35,027 bases of DNA, taken from assembly GCF_048593235.1 (NCBI RefSeq), contig NC_133621.1:66827148-66862174 (forward strand), given 5' to 3'. This document shows positions 10,468-22,690 of the stretch, in pieces; positions within the stretch are counted from its first letter, which is position 1; each line of letters opens with the position of its first letter. The notes under the pieces were generated by a model. That model was not told the DNA's origin and did not search any database. It saw only the letters and a list, made by a program, of their open reading frames with translations. Made by a program: the position numbers and the translations under genes. The DNA comes from Sminthopsis crassicaudata. Lineage: Eukaryota.

Positions 10468-10610
10468 TATAAATTCAGAGTTAGAAGGAACTTAAATTTC
10501 ATCCTGTCCAATTCCATATTACAGATATGGAAACTGAGACCCAGAAAAGTTAAGGGATTTACTCATAATCATATTAGTGAAAAGTAAAAGAACCCAGTCT
10601 GCTGATTCTA
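10468..10610 (-). mobile_element. MIR3-like fragment
   Basis: gagttagaaggaac...ccatattacagatatggaaactgagacccagaaaagttaag. Confidence 0.6.
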
Positions 10611-10769
10611 TATATGGCCTTTCGGTTGTACCGCTATCCTCGCCAAACAGGATGGAGACAGTTTTTATGTAGATAGGATATGGTAGAATATTCTAGAACT
10701 AATGTTCTAGTCATAATTATTGTCCTTTTAAATCTCAACCAACCAGCCATCCCTATGTCATTCCTCTTT

Positions 10770-11114
10770 TTTTAAATAATAGCTTTTTATTTAAAAAATA
10801 TATGCAAAGATAGTTTTCCACATTCACCCTTGCAAAACCTTGTTCCAAATGTTTTCCCTCCCTTCTTCCCCTCTCTCCCCTAGACAGCAAGTAATCCAAT
10901 ATATGTTAAACACATGCAATTTTTCTATACATATTTCCACAATTATCATGCTGCACAAGAAAAATCAGATCAAAAAGAAAAAATGGGAAAAACCCCAAAA
11001 AGCAAGCAAACAATAACAAAAAAGTGAAAATTCTATGCTGTGATCCAAACACAGTTGTCATAGTCCTCTCTCTGGGTGTAGACTTCTCTCTCCGTCACAA
11101 GTCTATTGGAATTA
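10770..11114 (-). mobile_element. 5'-truncated L1 3' UTR with TSD
   Basis: Poly-T, ttgcaaaaccttgttccaaat...gctgcacaagaaaaatcagatcaa. TSD tatgtcattcctcttt (10754-10769) vs tataccatccctcttt (11115-11130), 13/16 identical. Confidence 0.9.
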
Positions 11115-11589
11115 TATACCATCCCTCTTTCAGGAGCATCAGCTACTTATTCCCTCTGATGTTTGAATGACTTGAAACAGTTTGAAAGGAGAAGCCTCTC
11201 TTGTCCAAGGTGGTAAAATTATAATAGGGTCCAGCCTCAGGTCCCAGGCCATGCATCCCAGGCCTTCTTCTGAACTGCCTCCAGAAAGAGAATGCTATGC
11301 CTAGGAAGAATGGGCCAACTTAGTCACACCCAAGATCCCTTCAGATCCAATTTCATGGGCAAGTTATATTAGCAGTAGGAAGGAGTGACCATTTTCCAAA
11401 ATCATTAAATATGAAAACCTCCAAAGCACATTTCTGGTGAGTCACTTGGAAGGAGTGACTCTAACCTCTCAGGCTGGGATGATGCTTATCACTGACATTT
11501 ACCAAAGAAAGCAGTTATTGAATCCTGTAGGCTCAGGCATCCCTATCCTTCCCAGAATCCTTGTAATATTTAGCCCTAAGAACTAGCCT

Positions 11590-11792
11590 TTCACCTTCCC
11601 TTGATTATCAAGAGAAATTATTGCACAGTTTATCTTTATACATCTTGTTTATACATACTTGTTCACAAGTTGTCTACTTTACTAGATTGTGAGACCCTGG
11701 GGAAAAAGGATTGTTTTTGCCTTTCTTTTCATCCCCAGCTTTTAGCTTGAGGTCTGGCTCATAGTAGATCCTTAATAAATACTTGTTGACTT
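11590..11792 (+). mobile_element. L2-type 3' end
   Basis: actagattgtgagaccctgg...ggtctggctcatagtagatccttaataaatacttgttgact. Confidence 0.65.
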
Positions 11793-12070
11793 TTTGAGGA
11801 GAGAATGGTTTTCTTTAGACTGAAGATGTGCATAAATACAAGATACAGTCAAGTTTGAGGTATCCAAATTTAATGGGATCAAGATCAAGATCAATTTAGT
11901 TAATTTGAAATGATAGGTATAGCTTTATCTTCTTATTCTTTTGTTTAATTATAATCTATACAGATTCTCCCAGAATATATTCTTTAAGGACTGCTGATTT
12001 AATCAGTGGGATTACTTTCTCCAATGATATAGATTGTTACCACAATTTTTAAAGGGTAAATAGTAGTTAC

Positions 12071-12765
12071 TTTTTTTTCCAATTACATGTAATAAAGTTG
12101 TATTTAACAGTATTTTAATTTTTCCTATTACATATCAAGATTCATTCTTATAAAATTTTGAGTTCCAAATTTTTCTCCCTCCCTCTCTCTCTTCCTCCAT
12201 CTTGCCAAGACAGCAAGCAATATGATATAGGTTATACATGTGCAATCATGTTAAACATATTTCCACACTAATCATAGTGAAAAGAAACAAACAAAATGAG
12301 AAAAAAACACAGAAAAAAACAAGAAAGTGAAAATAATACTCTTAGATCTATATTCAGGCTCCATTATTTTTTCTCTGGATGTGTATTTTCCATCTTAAGT
12401 CTTTTGAAATTGGATTGGATCATTGTATTTCTGAGAATAGCTAAGCCTATCATTGTTTATCATTGCACAAGGTTACTGTTACTGTGTATAATGTCCTCCC
12501 GATTCTGCTCACTTTACTTTGCATCAATTCACAAAAGTCTTTCCAGGTTTTTCTGAAACCTGCTGGCTCATTATTTCCTATAGTACAATATTATTCCATT
12601 ACATTCATATACCACAATTTATTTAACCATTTCCCAATTGATGGGTATTCACTCTACTTTCAATTCTTTGCCACCATAAATTGAACTGCTATAAATATTT
12701 TTATATATGTAGATCCTTCTCCCTTTTTTATGATCTCTTTGGTTTTTAGACTTAATATTGGTATT
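12071..12765 (-). mobile_element. L1 3' end (intermediate-age marsupial subfamily)
   Basis: ttttccaattacatgt...aaaattttgagttccaaat...ttgcatcaattcacaaaagtctttccagg...ccatttcccaattgatggg. Confidence 0.9.
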
Positions 12766-13524
12766 TGCAACCACTATTAATAAATATCATGGAGAGTCCA
12801 ATAGGGTCCAAAAATTTTATTACCCAGTAGCCAACCAAATGATGAGTTTTCTCATCAGAGAGGCAGTTTCTTGGATATTTGGTCAATTATCATCTGTGAT
12901 AAGAGCAACCAACTATTCCATGTATTCTAGGTTAGTTTCCCTCTAAATGGCAATGAAGGCAGCCTCAACATTTAAGTATACATAGGACAAAAGGTTGAAC
13001 CATTAATGTAGCTTCCTGGTCATCTAAGTAAAAAAGCCTAGTGTAAAAAGTTGATTAGGCTTGCCACTGTGGCAAATATGGAACTCATCTTGCATCCTTG
13101 CTATATATCTTTTTCCATTTTGTTGTTAAAAAGACCTCTTTCATCTTACATGTTCTACAAGTGTACCATTTTATTTTGATCTGGAACCAGTTGAACCAAC
13201 CTGAGTCAGCCCTGGCCCAGAACATCATCCCACTTCTCAAAAACTTTCCAATTGAGTGAAAACCTTATGGCACAGTTTGAAAACCCAGAGTTAGCTCTCC
13301 ACTACAATGAGCTTTTGTAAGAGTAAAACAACAGATCGAAGGGAAGCAGTGGTTTACCTGGAATGGTTATTTAGAAGAATACCTATCCCAGACATCAAGA
13401 AAGTCTCTCTCATATCAGAAGCAAAAAATGTCCTGCTTTTTTATGTTGCAAATAATGTGGACAGAGGAAGTATGAGGAAGTGGACAGAGAGGTGCCCTTG
13501 GAAGAAGGAATACCTGGGTAAAAA

Positions 13525-13730
13525 TTCACCTTAGCCACAGACTGGCTGTGTGGTTCTGGGCAAGTTAGTTAACTTTTCCAATATCCAAGGCAATACTGTA
13601 AGATAAGTTGCAGAGCAGGTGCCAATCAGCACTTTCTTGCAATGGCAACAATGATAATGATGATTCAGATAATATTGTGGCATGTACAGAGTTCCCTAAT
13701 TTGATAAATTCAGAGGTCCAGTTCCTATCT
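13525..13730 (+). mobile_element. Marsupial MIR3-type SINE fragment
   Basis: ggctgtgtggttctgggcaagtt...ataagttgcagagcaggtgccaatc...gagttccct...aggtccagttcc. Confidence 0.55.
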
Positions 13731-13951
13731 CTCAACCTAATAATGTGGGACTCAAAGTCATGAACTATTAGTTGGGATTAATGCTGCTGATTTGATAATT
13801 CAGCATTGTCTTTCATATACAAAAAAATGACAGCACTAATTCTTTACAAGTGAGGCATACATTATTAATTATTTTTCCAGGATCAATAGCAATATTAATC
13901 AGCTAATTAATTCCAGTGTCAGCTAGTTAATATACTCCAAGGAAATTGATC

Positions 13952-16018
13952 TTTTTTTAAGTTTTTTTTTATTTTCAAAACATATGGATGGATAATTTTT
14001 CTTTTTCTTTCTTTCTATTTTTTAATTTTTAATTTTTTTATTAATTTTTATAATTATAACGTTTTCTTTGACAGTACATATGCATAGGTATTTTTTTTTA
14101 ACAACATTATCCCTTGTACTCCCTTCTATTCCAAATTTTTCCCCTCCTTCCCTCCACCCCCTCCCCTAGATGGCAGGCATTCCCTTATATATTAAATATG
14201 TTATAGTATATCCTAGGTACAATATATATGTGCAGAACCGAATTGCTGTTGTTGCAAAGGAAGGATTGTATTCGGAAGGTAAAAATAACCTGGGAAGAAA
14301 AACAAAACAAAACAAAACAAAACAAAACAATGCTCACAGTTTACACTCATTTCCCAGTGTTCCTTTTCTGGATGTAGCTGATTCTGTCCATCCTTGATCA
14401 ATTGGAATTGGATTAGCTCTTCTCTATGTTGAAGATATCCACTTCCATCAGAATACATCCTCATACAGTATCATTGTTGAAGTGTATAATGATCCCCTAG
14501 TTCTGCTCGTTTCACTCAGCATCAGTTGATGTAAGTCTCTCCAAGCCTCTCTGTATTCCTCCTGTTGGTCATTTCTTACAGAACAATAATATTCCATAAC
14601 ATTCATATACCATAATTTACCCAACATTCTCCAATTGATGGGCATCCATTCATTTTCCAGTTTCTAGCCACTACAAAAAGAGCTGCCACAAACATTTTGG
14701 CACATACAGGACCCTTTCCCTTTTTTAGTATTTCCTTGGGATATAAGCCCAGTAGTAGCACTGCTGTATTAAAGGGTATGCACAGTTTGATAATTTGGGG
14801 GCATAATTCCAGATTGCTCTCCAGAATGGTTGGATTCTTTCACAACTCCACCAACAATGCATCAGTGTCCCAGTTTTCCCACAGCCCCTCCAACATTTGT
14901 CATTATTTGTTCCTGTCATCTTAGCCAATCTGACAGGTGTGTAGTGGTATCTCAGAGTTGTCTTAATTTGCATTTCTCTGATCAATAGTGATTTGGAACA
15001 CTCTTTCATATGAGTGGAAATAATTTCAATTTCATCATCTGAAAATTGTTCATATCCTTTGACCATTTATCAATTGGAGAATGGCTTGATTTCTTATAAA
15101 TTAAATTCAGTTCTCTGTATATTTTGGAGATGAGGCCCTTATCAGAACCTTTAACTGTAAAAATGATTTCCCAATTTGTTACTTCCCTTCTAATCTTGTT
15201 TGCATTAGTTTTGTTTGTGCAGAAACTTTTTAATTTGGTAATCAAAATGTTCTATTTTGTGATCAATAATGGTCTCTAGTTCTCCCTTGGACACAAACTC
15301 CTTCCTCCTCCACAAGTCTAAGAGGTAAACCATCCCATGTTGGATGGATAATTTTTCAACATTGGCCGTTGAAAAACTATCATGTTCCAATTTTTCCCCC
15401 TTCCCCTCACCCCTCCCCTAGATGGCAAATAATCCAATATATGTTAAATCCAACATATGTAAACATTTATACAACTATCTTGCTATACAAGAAAAATCAG
15501 ATCAAAAAAGGAAAAAATGAGAAAACAAACAAAATGCAAGCAAAAAATAACAAAAAGAGTGAGAATGTTATGTTGTGATCCACACACAGTTCTCATTGAA
15601 TTCTCTCTCTACAGATGGCTCTTTTCATCACAAGATTATTGGAACTGGCCTGGATCATCTTATTATTGAAAAGAGCCACGTCCATCAGGACTGATCATCA
15701 CATAATCTTGCTGTTGCTGTGTACAATAATCTCCTGCTTCTGCCCATTTCACTCAGCATCAGTTCATGTAAATCTCTCCAGGTCTTTCTGTATTCATCCT
15801 GCTGGTCATTTCTTACAGAACAATAATATTCCATAATATTCATATACCACAATTTATTCAGCCATTCTCCAATTGATGGGCATCCACTTAGTTTCCAGTT
15901 TTTGGCCACTACAAAGAGGCTGCCACAAACATTCTTGCACATGTGGGAACTTTTCCCTCCTTTAAGATCTCTAGGATATAAGCCCAGTAGAAACACTGCT
16001 GGATCAAAAGGTATGCAT
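13952..16018 (-). mobile_element. Outer (older) L1 3' end, split by a nested L1; own sequence is 13952-14001 plus 15341-16018
   Basis: The 3' UTR ...ttcaaaacatatggatggataatttttc resumes as ...ggataatttttcaacattggcc...ccccctccctcacc... The ORF2 end reads FDPAVFLLGLYP...LFVVAKNWKLSGCPSIGEWLNKLWYMN. Confidence 0.9.
14002..15340 (-). mobile_element. Inner (younger) 5'-truncated L1, 1.34 kb, with frameshifted ORF2 C-terminus
   Basis: ORF pieces 15006-15245, 14725-15066 (CCHC knuckle CWRGCGKTGTLMHCWWSC) and 14448-14645. A-rich tail. Perfect 17-bp TSD TGGATGGATAATTTTTC at 13985-14001 and 15341-15357. Confidence 0.95.
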
Positions 16019-18419
16019 ATGCAAATCTTCTCTTGAACCAAATAAGTATACCTAAGGTGACCAATTAGAATAGATAGTTCTATATCCCAGAACAATATGT
16101 AATAGCCCATCTAGGGATGGGAGACCTTGTTCTCAATAGTACTTTGCTTGGATCATCTCAGGAGGATCTTTTTTGTTTTTACTTTTTTTTTTAGGATACA
16201 AGGTTTTGTCACCCCCATTTTAAAATTATCCTTTGCTCTTTACAAACCACAATATCTGTTACTATTTGATCTTCAAAGCAACTCCAAGAACAGAGACAGA
16301 ATAAATGTGACCAACCCAATCAGACAGATTAGTGACTCAGTCATATAGCTAGTAAACCTTAGAGGCAGTTACACAAATCCGGAGTTCCTGACTTCATATC
16401 CAAGCTGTTCCTGTAGCACAGCTGTGTTTCTAGTCTTTAAAGTCCAACAGCCCACCTCTAGCTACCTTCTACCTCTTCTGCACATTACATCCGCACCCTA
16501 GTGCTTACAAAGAGTTAATTTCCTTCATATGGGGAAATACTTAACTCCAAGAGGTGGCTTGCTTGCCGTTAGCATCTAGGTATCATTTAATCCTTTAGCC
16601 TTTTATTACAAAGCAACCTCTACAAATATTAGAGTTAGGTGCTAAAAGACACAAAGTGTTAGAGAATATATTTGTTTATGATGATGGATGGACATTTGGT
16701 AAACCAGAACTCTGTTCCTAAAGCATTTTTTTTTATTACTCCTTGATACCACCGACCAGTAAAATGACCCAGACCACCATAATAAACTAGATGCATGTGA
16801 CTCTTGGCTTGCAGATGAGAAGAGGGCTGCCCATAGAGAGAGACTCAATGATTGGCTTAAAAGTACCCAGTGAGCCGGTGACATGAGGAATGAGAATTCT
16901 GATGGGCCACACTGCTTTTACACAGAGGTAAAATAAAAGAGCTAGTAGTTCACTGCACAGATGTCTTTAATTAGAAACAAAGAGAACCAGGACTGTTTAA
17001 GTCACTTGAGAAAAATAGTGAAACTTTACTAGCTAAATTGAAAATCCCTGTCACCAAGAGTCTGAGTGAATGAGCTTCTGGAGAACCAGGTTGCTTATAA
17101 ACATTTTTGACATAGTCGTCCAATCCTAACAGTTGTGGAATTAAAGTCATTTGAGAGTCAGTCAGCAGCTGGAACAGGAGATTGGAGAGAGGACTGGTCT
17201 CACCTTTCCCACCCCTTCTGGGATCACTCAGGATTATTGCCTGTCCCTCTGCACCATTATCCTAAAGGAACAAATCTTGCCCTGTCACATTTTGGAATCC
17301 AAATGCTAAAATAAAAACGTCAAGGCAAACTTCTCTACTTAAAAAGAGATATCCAGGGGCCTCGGAAATGCTTGTTCACTCTCCCAATCACATGGCTGGG
17401 TTGGTGAGCACCAGTTTGGGAAAGTCTCTGGGTGGTCCATTTTCCTTGGAGACCTGCTGATTTGGGATCTGAGAACTGCGGGCATGTCTCAGAATTCCAG
17501 CAAAATTGACCCAGCTCAGGAAGGAGTGCCAGCAGTTCTGCTGCCCAATGGGGTTGGAGGCTGTGAAGAGCTAAATCTAATTAGAAATCCCCTAACCACA
17601 AGGAGCCAGTGAGGGGCTTGTGGGTAGAGACTTGCTTATTTAGATATGTGTCACACCTGCATAAGAAAGATGCTCAGCTCAAATTTTCAAAACACGCTGG
17701 AGACAATTTATACATTTTTTATATGTGCCAAGAGGTCTCCTTCCACCTCTTTCGGGTGTCAGAACCGTTAAGCTTCATGCAGCTACCTCCCTAAGGGCCC
17801 CAGTCACTCGATATTGGTGTGCAGGAGAACTCCAAGTGCTGCATACTTTAATGTGTCTCTCTAATTTAAGGTATGCAAACAAGGTTTTCTCCCATCGGAA
17901 TGATCCCAGGCAATTTGGCTGAGGAGATGTACACATTTCAGAAAAAGTTGAAGACCCCGGGGGAGGGGGGGAGAAGGCCCTGATCCAAAAGGGATGAAAA
18001 TTGCTCAAATGAACCATTATCATTGAATGTCCTCCTGGGGAGTGAACACATGCAAAAAGAAGAAAAAAATCTATTGCAAAATTTCAAGCACAATCTTGAA
18101 CTTCGCTAACTTTTCCAGTCCTCCTTTTGTTTAGGGAATGAGTAGCTAGAGAAATACACCCACAAATATAAAAGATAATAGAAGATCTGACTCAAAATTT
18201 TAAAGCCAGGAGGAATCCAAAAAGTTACCGAGTCACAAAATTATTGCTTTAAAGCCAGAAAAAAAAAAAAAAAACTTGAGGGTTGTACTGGAGCCAGCTA
18301 GCAGGCTTGGTGGGTAGAAAGCTGGAATTGGAGTCAGAAGAAAATGAATTCACATCCTACCTGAGTCACTAACCAGTGTCCTGCCCATGCTGCCTGGGTA
18401 AAACCCTTTTGTGTATTTC

Positions 18420-19245
18420 CCCATCTCTCCTCTGACTCTCCTCCCACCTTGGTACTGGCCTTCATCACCCACCAAAAGCCTATTGGTTAGACTCCCTGCC
18501 TCAGTCATCTCCACCCTCTGAAGCCTGACCATGGTACCCTATTCAGCCAACTCCAATGGTTCCCAGTGATCTCCTGGATCAAATATGGAATTCTCTGCTT
18601 GACACCCAAAGCATTTCTTAACCTGGACCACCCCTATCTTATGGCAGTCCTGTTACACTGCATTGTTCCCTTCCTCCCACCATCTCCTCTGCAATCCAGT
18701 GATTTTTGGCTTTCTTACTGTTCTCCAGACAAGAAATTCCATCTCCTGCCTCCAGGCGTTTCCCCCAGCTGTCCCCCGTGCCTGGAATGCTCTCCCTCCT
18801 CATGTCTGTCTCCTGCTTTCACTGGCTTTCTTCCAGCTAAAATCCCATCTTCTATGAGAAGCCTTCCTGATTCCCTTCAATTCCAGTGCCTTCCCTATGT
18901 TTATTATTCTAATCTGTCCTGTTTATATCTTGTTGGTATGTAGTTGTACAAATGTCTCTTCCATCAGATTGTGAGCTCCTTGAGGAAGGAACTACCAATA
19001 CACATATATAAGCATGTATATATGTGTATATGTATATGCATGTATATATACTATATTTTACTATATATATATGTATATACTATCAGTATATGTGCATATA
19101 CTATATTATGAATGATACATTGTATGTATGTATATATACACTATGTGTATGTATATATATACACACACTCTTGTTGGTATCCTTAGCTCTTAACACAGTG
19201 TCTGTTACATAATAGATGCTGAATTAATGCCTACAGATTAGCTGA
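18420..19245 (+). mobile_element. L2 LINE 3' ~650 bp, interrupted by a TA/TG low-complexity tract
   Basis: ctccaatggttcccagtgatctcctggatcaaatatg...gtgcctggaatgctctccctcctc...cagattgtgagctccttgagg...cttaacacagtgtctgttacataatagatgct. Confidence 0.8.
19001..19168. repeat. (TA)/(TATG) low-complexity tract
   Basis: Alternating dinucleotides. Confidence 0.9.
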
Positions 19246-19254
19246 CTTAATCTT

Positions 19255-19440
19255 TCTCAGCTTCAGTTTCCTCATCTGTAAAATGGAGATAAAAATAGCG
19301 CCTAGCATAATCTTTTCCATTCCCTTCATTTTACAGATGAAGAAATTGAATCCCAGGTGAATTGCTCAAGTTCATACAGTTAGCCAGTAGTATAATGAAC
19401 ACCAGAATACAAGTTTCCTAAGAATACTCCATTATACAAC
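19255..19440. mobile_element. Two MIR CORE fragments in inverted orientation
   Basis: Sense core ttcagtttcctcatctgtaaaatgga (19262-19287) and antisense core ttcattttacagatgaagaaattgaa (19325-19350). Confidence 0.75.
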
Positions 19441-19479
19441 ACCAAAATGGAGAACTTGAAAGTAAAAGCTAATTTCAGG

Positions 19480-19562
19480 GTTAGACTGTAAGCTCTTTTG
19501 CCTTTTCTATTAGCACTTAGCACAGCACCTGGCACATTGATGCCTACTGACTGACTGACTGG
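19480..19562 (+). mobile_element. L2 3' tail
   Basis: ttagactgtaagctc...gcacttagcacagcacctggcaca...tgactgactgact. Confidence 0.55.
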
Positions 19563-19629
19563 AATTTATCAGTATCCCAAACAAGAGAAGGAGAGAAGCA
19601 CATTGACTGCTTAAAGAACTTCACTCAGG

Positions 19630-22038
19630 TCTGGGGTGTGGGATGTGTTCAGTGAAGACCAGTACCTCTGCTGGGAGGGTGGTAGAACTCTTTTCAGGGC
19701 TGCTTTTCCACTTCTAAACACTCACCTGTGGCTGAAGAAGTGGTAGCGCCCAGCAGCCATACCCCGGTAAACCATTTCAGCAGATAGGCTTTATACCAGG
19801 GGATCTTACATCTGTCAGTGAGTTAAGGGGCTATCTCCCCCAAGCTTGTGAAGACTTCTGCTGGGAGAATGGGCAGACAAGAACGACTTGTTCCAATGGC
19901 CATGAAGGCCGCAGGTACTGTGGAGTGTTTAGAGCTTGGCTCCTTATTGAAAACACCAAGATCATCCACTGCATCTCAACCCATGACCAGTCCTGCCACT
20001 GGACTGTGATGACGCTGAAAGAGAGAGTGAACCCAATGAGTTTGTGCAACTCTGCCTCTCTTAAATCCAATTTACACATGAATCAAGACATCTTTAATGT
20101 CAATGTGCCAAAAGAGGCAAGCTTATAATTCAGGGTGACTTTAATTCTAGAGTAGGCTCAAACCATCACACATGGCAGTGAGTTCTTGGAAGAAGTAGAG
20201 TTGGAAACATGGAAAATGGATACTTACTACTGAAGATCTATGCATCTCACGATCTCACCAGCAATAAATGTAATAAGATTTCATGGATGTATCCTCTCAG
20301 CAAACATTGAATTTTATTAGAATATGTGGTCATAAGGAGAAGAAACAGACAGGATGTGAGAGGGACAAAAGCAATGTGTGGTGCAGAGTGATGGGCTGAC
20401 AGTAGACTTATCCTCTCCTATATAAATATTTGTATTTAACAAAAGCTGTAGCCCCGAAGCAAAAAGACTACCAGAAGAATTAATGTCAACTTCTCCAAGG
20501 AGCACTTTATTGTCAACTTGGAGGGAAAGTTGAGCCAATACACAGTTCTCAACAGTGGAGCAGAAAAGGAGGTGGTAGCTATCAGAGATTCAGTGTAAAG
20601 TACTGCATTTGCTTATCTGTGTCAGAATATTCACAAACATTGAGACTGGTTGGATGGAAAAGATAGGAAAAGTCAGAAACTGCCAAATGAAAAACAAGAG
20701 CTCTGCAAGGTTTATCTGCAGGATAGTTCATCCATTTCTAAGATGGCAGCATTTAATTCCATCAAAAGTACAAACACAACTTAGAGATATGCAAGATTCT
20801 TGTCTTGTAAGAAGGCAGATGAAATTCAGTTTTATGCTGATAGTAACAATCCAGAGTTTTTATGATGCCATAAAGGCTATTGAGGGGCCAAAAATTTATG
20901 ATGCATCTCAGCTGATGGAGCCACATTGATTAGTGATAATCACATGATCCCAAGGCATGGGCTGAACATTTTCATAATGTTCTGAACAGACCATCATCAA
21001 TCAGTGCTGAAGCCATTGGCTGTTTACCTCCAACTGTAGTCAATCCCTCCATAGCAGAAGTTCCAACTGAAGAAGAGGTTTTGAATGCCATTAAGCTCCT
21101 TTTGTATAACGAAGCCCCTAATGGTGAATCCATTTCAGCTGAGATTTACAAGGTAGAAGGTCCATTGCTCATACAAAAACTGACTGAAGCATGCAGAAAG
21201 AAGTGTTCCCCTGTTCATTTATCTATTCTTCCCTATAAAAGTAAAGGAAATAGATTGTCCAGGGTAGGAACGGAGATGGGGCAGGCTACTCACTTCTGGC
21301 AAGATTCTTGCCAGAAATCTACTTAATGGGTTTTCCTTTGTCTGGAAAATTGTCATCTATCTACGAGCAGTGCTACAGAAAAGGTCGATATGGTGTTTGT
21401 TGTCTGACAAGTTCAGGAAAAATACCAGAATCAGAACAGAGGTCTGTACACAATGCTTGTAGTTGCTGGTACACTGCCAAGAAAGGGAATTGTCTTAGGA
21501 AGATTCTAAAGATCACCTGGTGTGATAAGATAGCAGACACTGAAGTCCTTTCTTGGACTAAACTGTCAAACATTCCAACTCTGCTGCAGGGAGCCTAATT
21601 CCATTGGGCTGGCCACATTGTTCCAACGCCAAATATACACGTCAAAAAGATGATTATATGGAGAACTCACACAGGGCAAATGCTCAGAAGGTAGTCAGAA
21701 AAAGTAATACAAGGATACTCTCAAGGTATCTCTTAGGAAAATTAGAATCAATCATTGTATGACATGGGAGGACTGCTCAACATGGCATGCCTTCATCAGA
21801 GAAGGTACTGTACTGTACTCTATCAGCAAAGCGGAACTGAAGTAGCTCAAGAGAAATGTGAGATGTCCAAACTTGGAGAATCCACCCCAAATGTTTACCT
21901 GGACTACCAATCTGTGGTAGAGCGTTACAGGCTCAGATAGTTCTGATCAGTCACAGTCAGACACACTGTAACTTGACTCTGACATAGTGACATCATTTTG
22001 GTTCTCTTCAAGAATGAAGGACAACCACCATACCAACT
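19630..22038 (+). mobile_element. Decayed marsupial RTE-clade LINE (APE endonuclease, RT N-terminus, C-terminus, tail) with internal deletion
   Basis: From ~20134 GDFNSRVG...NGYLLLKIYASHDL...SWMYPLSKH*...VIRRRNRQDVRGTKAMCGAE*WADSRLILS (APE). Then LNAIKLL...AEIYKVEGPLLIQKLTE and VDMVF...QEK...QNRGLYT. Then CLRKILKITW-DKI-DTEVLS...HWAGHIV...LYGELTQGK...YKDTLKVSL. Tail gtgacatcattttggttctcttcaagaatgaaggacaacc. Confidence 0.9.
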
Positions 22039-22494
22039 CAGAAGTATAAAAAATAGAACCCTTCCTAGACTTTTCTAGCTCAGTTAAATTTTCCTATTTA
22101 GAAATTCTGTGCTTGATTTAAAAAAAATAGATGGAATCAGTGTTTCCTGGAATTCACTAGCTAGGAAGCAGCTTCAAACCCAGACTTAGCTGAGTTTCTA
22201 AAAGAAATAGATTCCCCAGAGACATCAGCTAAAAATTCCCGCACTCCTCTGCCTCCTCTTTCAGTTGAGTATCAGTTGTAGATAGAGGAGGCAATGCTAG
22301 CTACAAGACAACTGCTCAACAGTTGTATCAACAGGCCAGGTTTTTATCCAAAGTCAAGTATGAAGTAGAGTTATGCAGCTTTCCTAGGCTTCCATTTGTT
22401 ACTCACACTCTGAATTTGGCATTAAGGATCGCTTCAAGTTTAAAATAGAAGACATATACTGTCTGGAGGAGCATAGGACTGAGTGGAAAATATT

Positions 22495-22690
22495 AACAAC
22501 CGACAATTATCATAGCACATTGAAGTCTACAAAGCAATTGACACCATTTCTTCACCTATAAAATGTCTTGTTATTAATTCCATTTTACAGAGAAGGGAAA
22601 CTAAGACTCAGCAAAGTTAACTGTCTCGATTTGCCTCTGCTCACAGACTTAGTGTTGAAGGTGAGACTTGAATTCTGTCTCAAAATTCTC
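22495..22690 (-). mobile_element. MIR fragment
   Basis: ttattaattccattttacagagaagggaaactaagactcagcaaagttaa...gagacttgaattc. Confidence 0.6.

Noticed and set aside
14448-16110. ORFs with a CCHC zinc knuckle and L1-like peptides taken as host genes
   Set aside because: Frameshifted, 5'-truncated L1 ORF2 remnants.
20317-21940. ORFs within the RTE region taken as host CDS
   Set aside because: Fragments of a dead RTE ORF with many stops and frameshifts.
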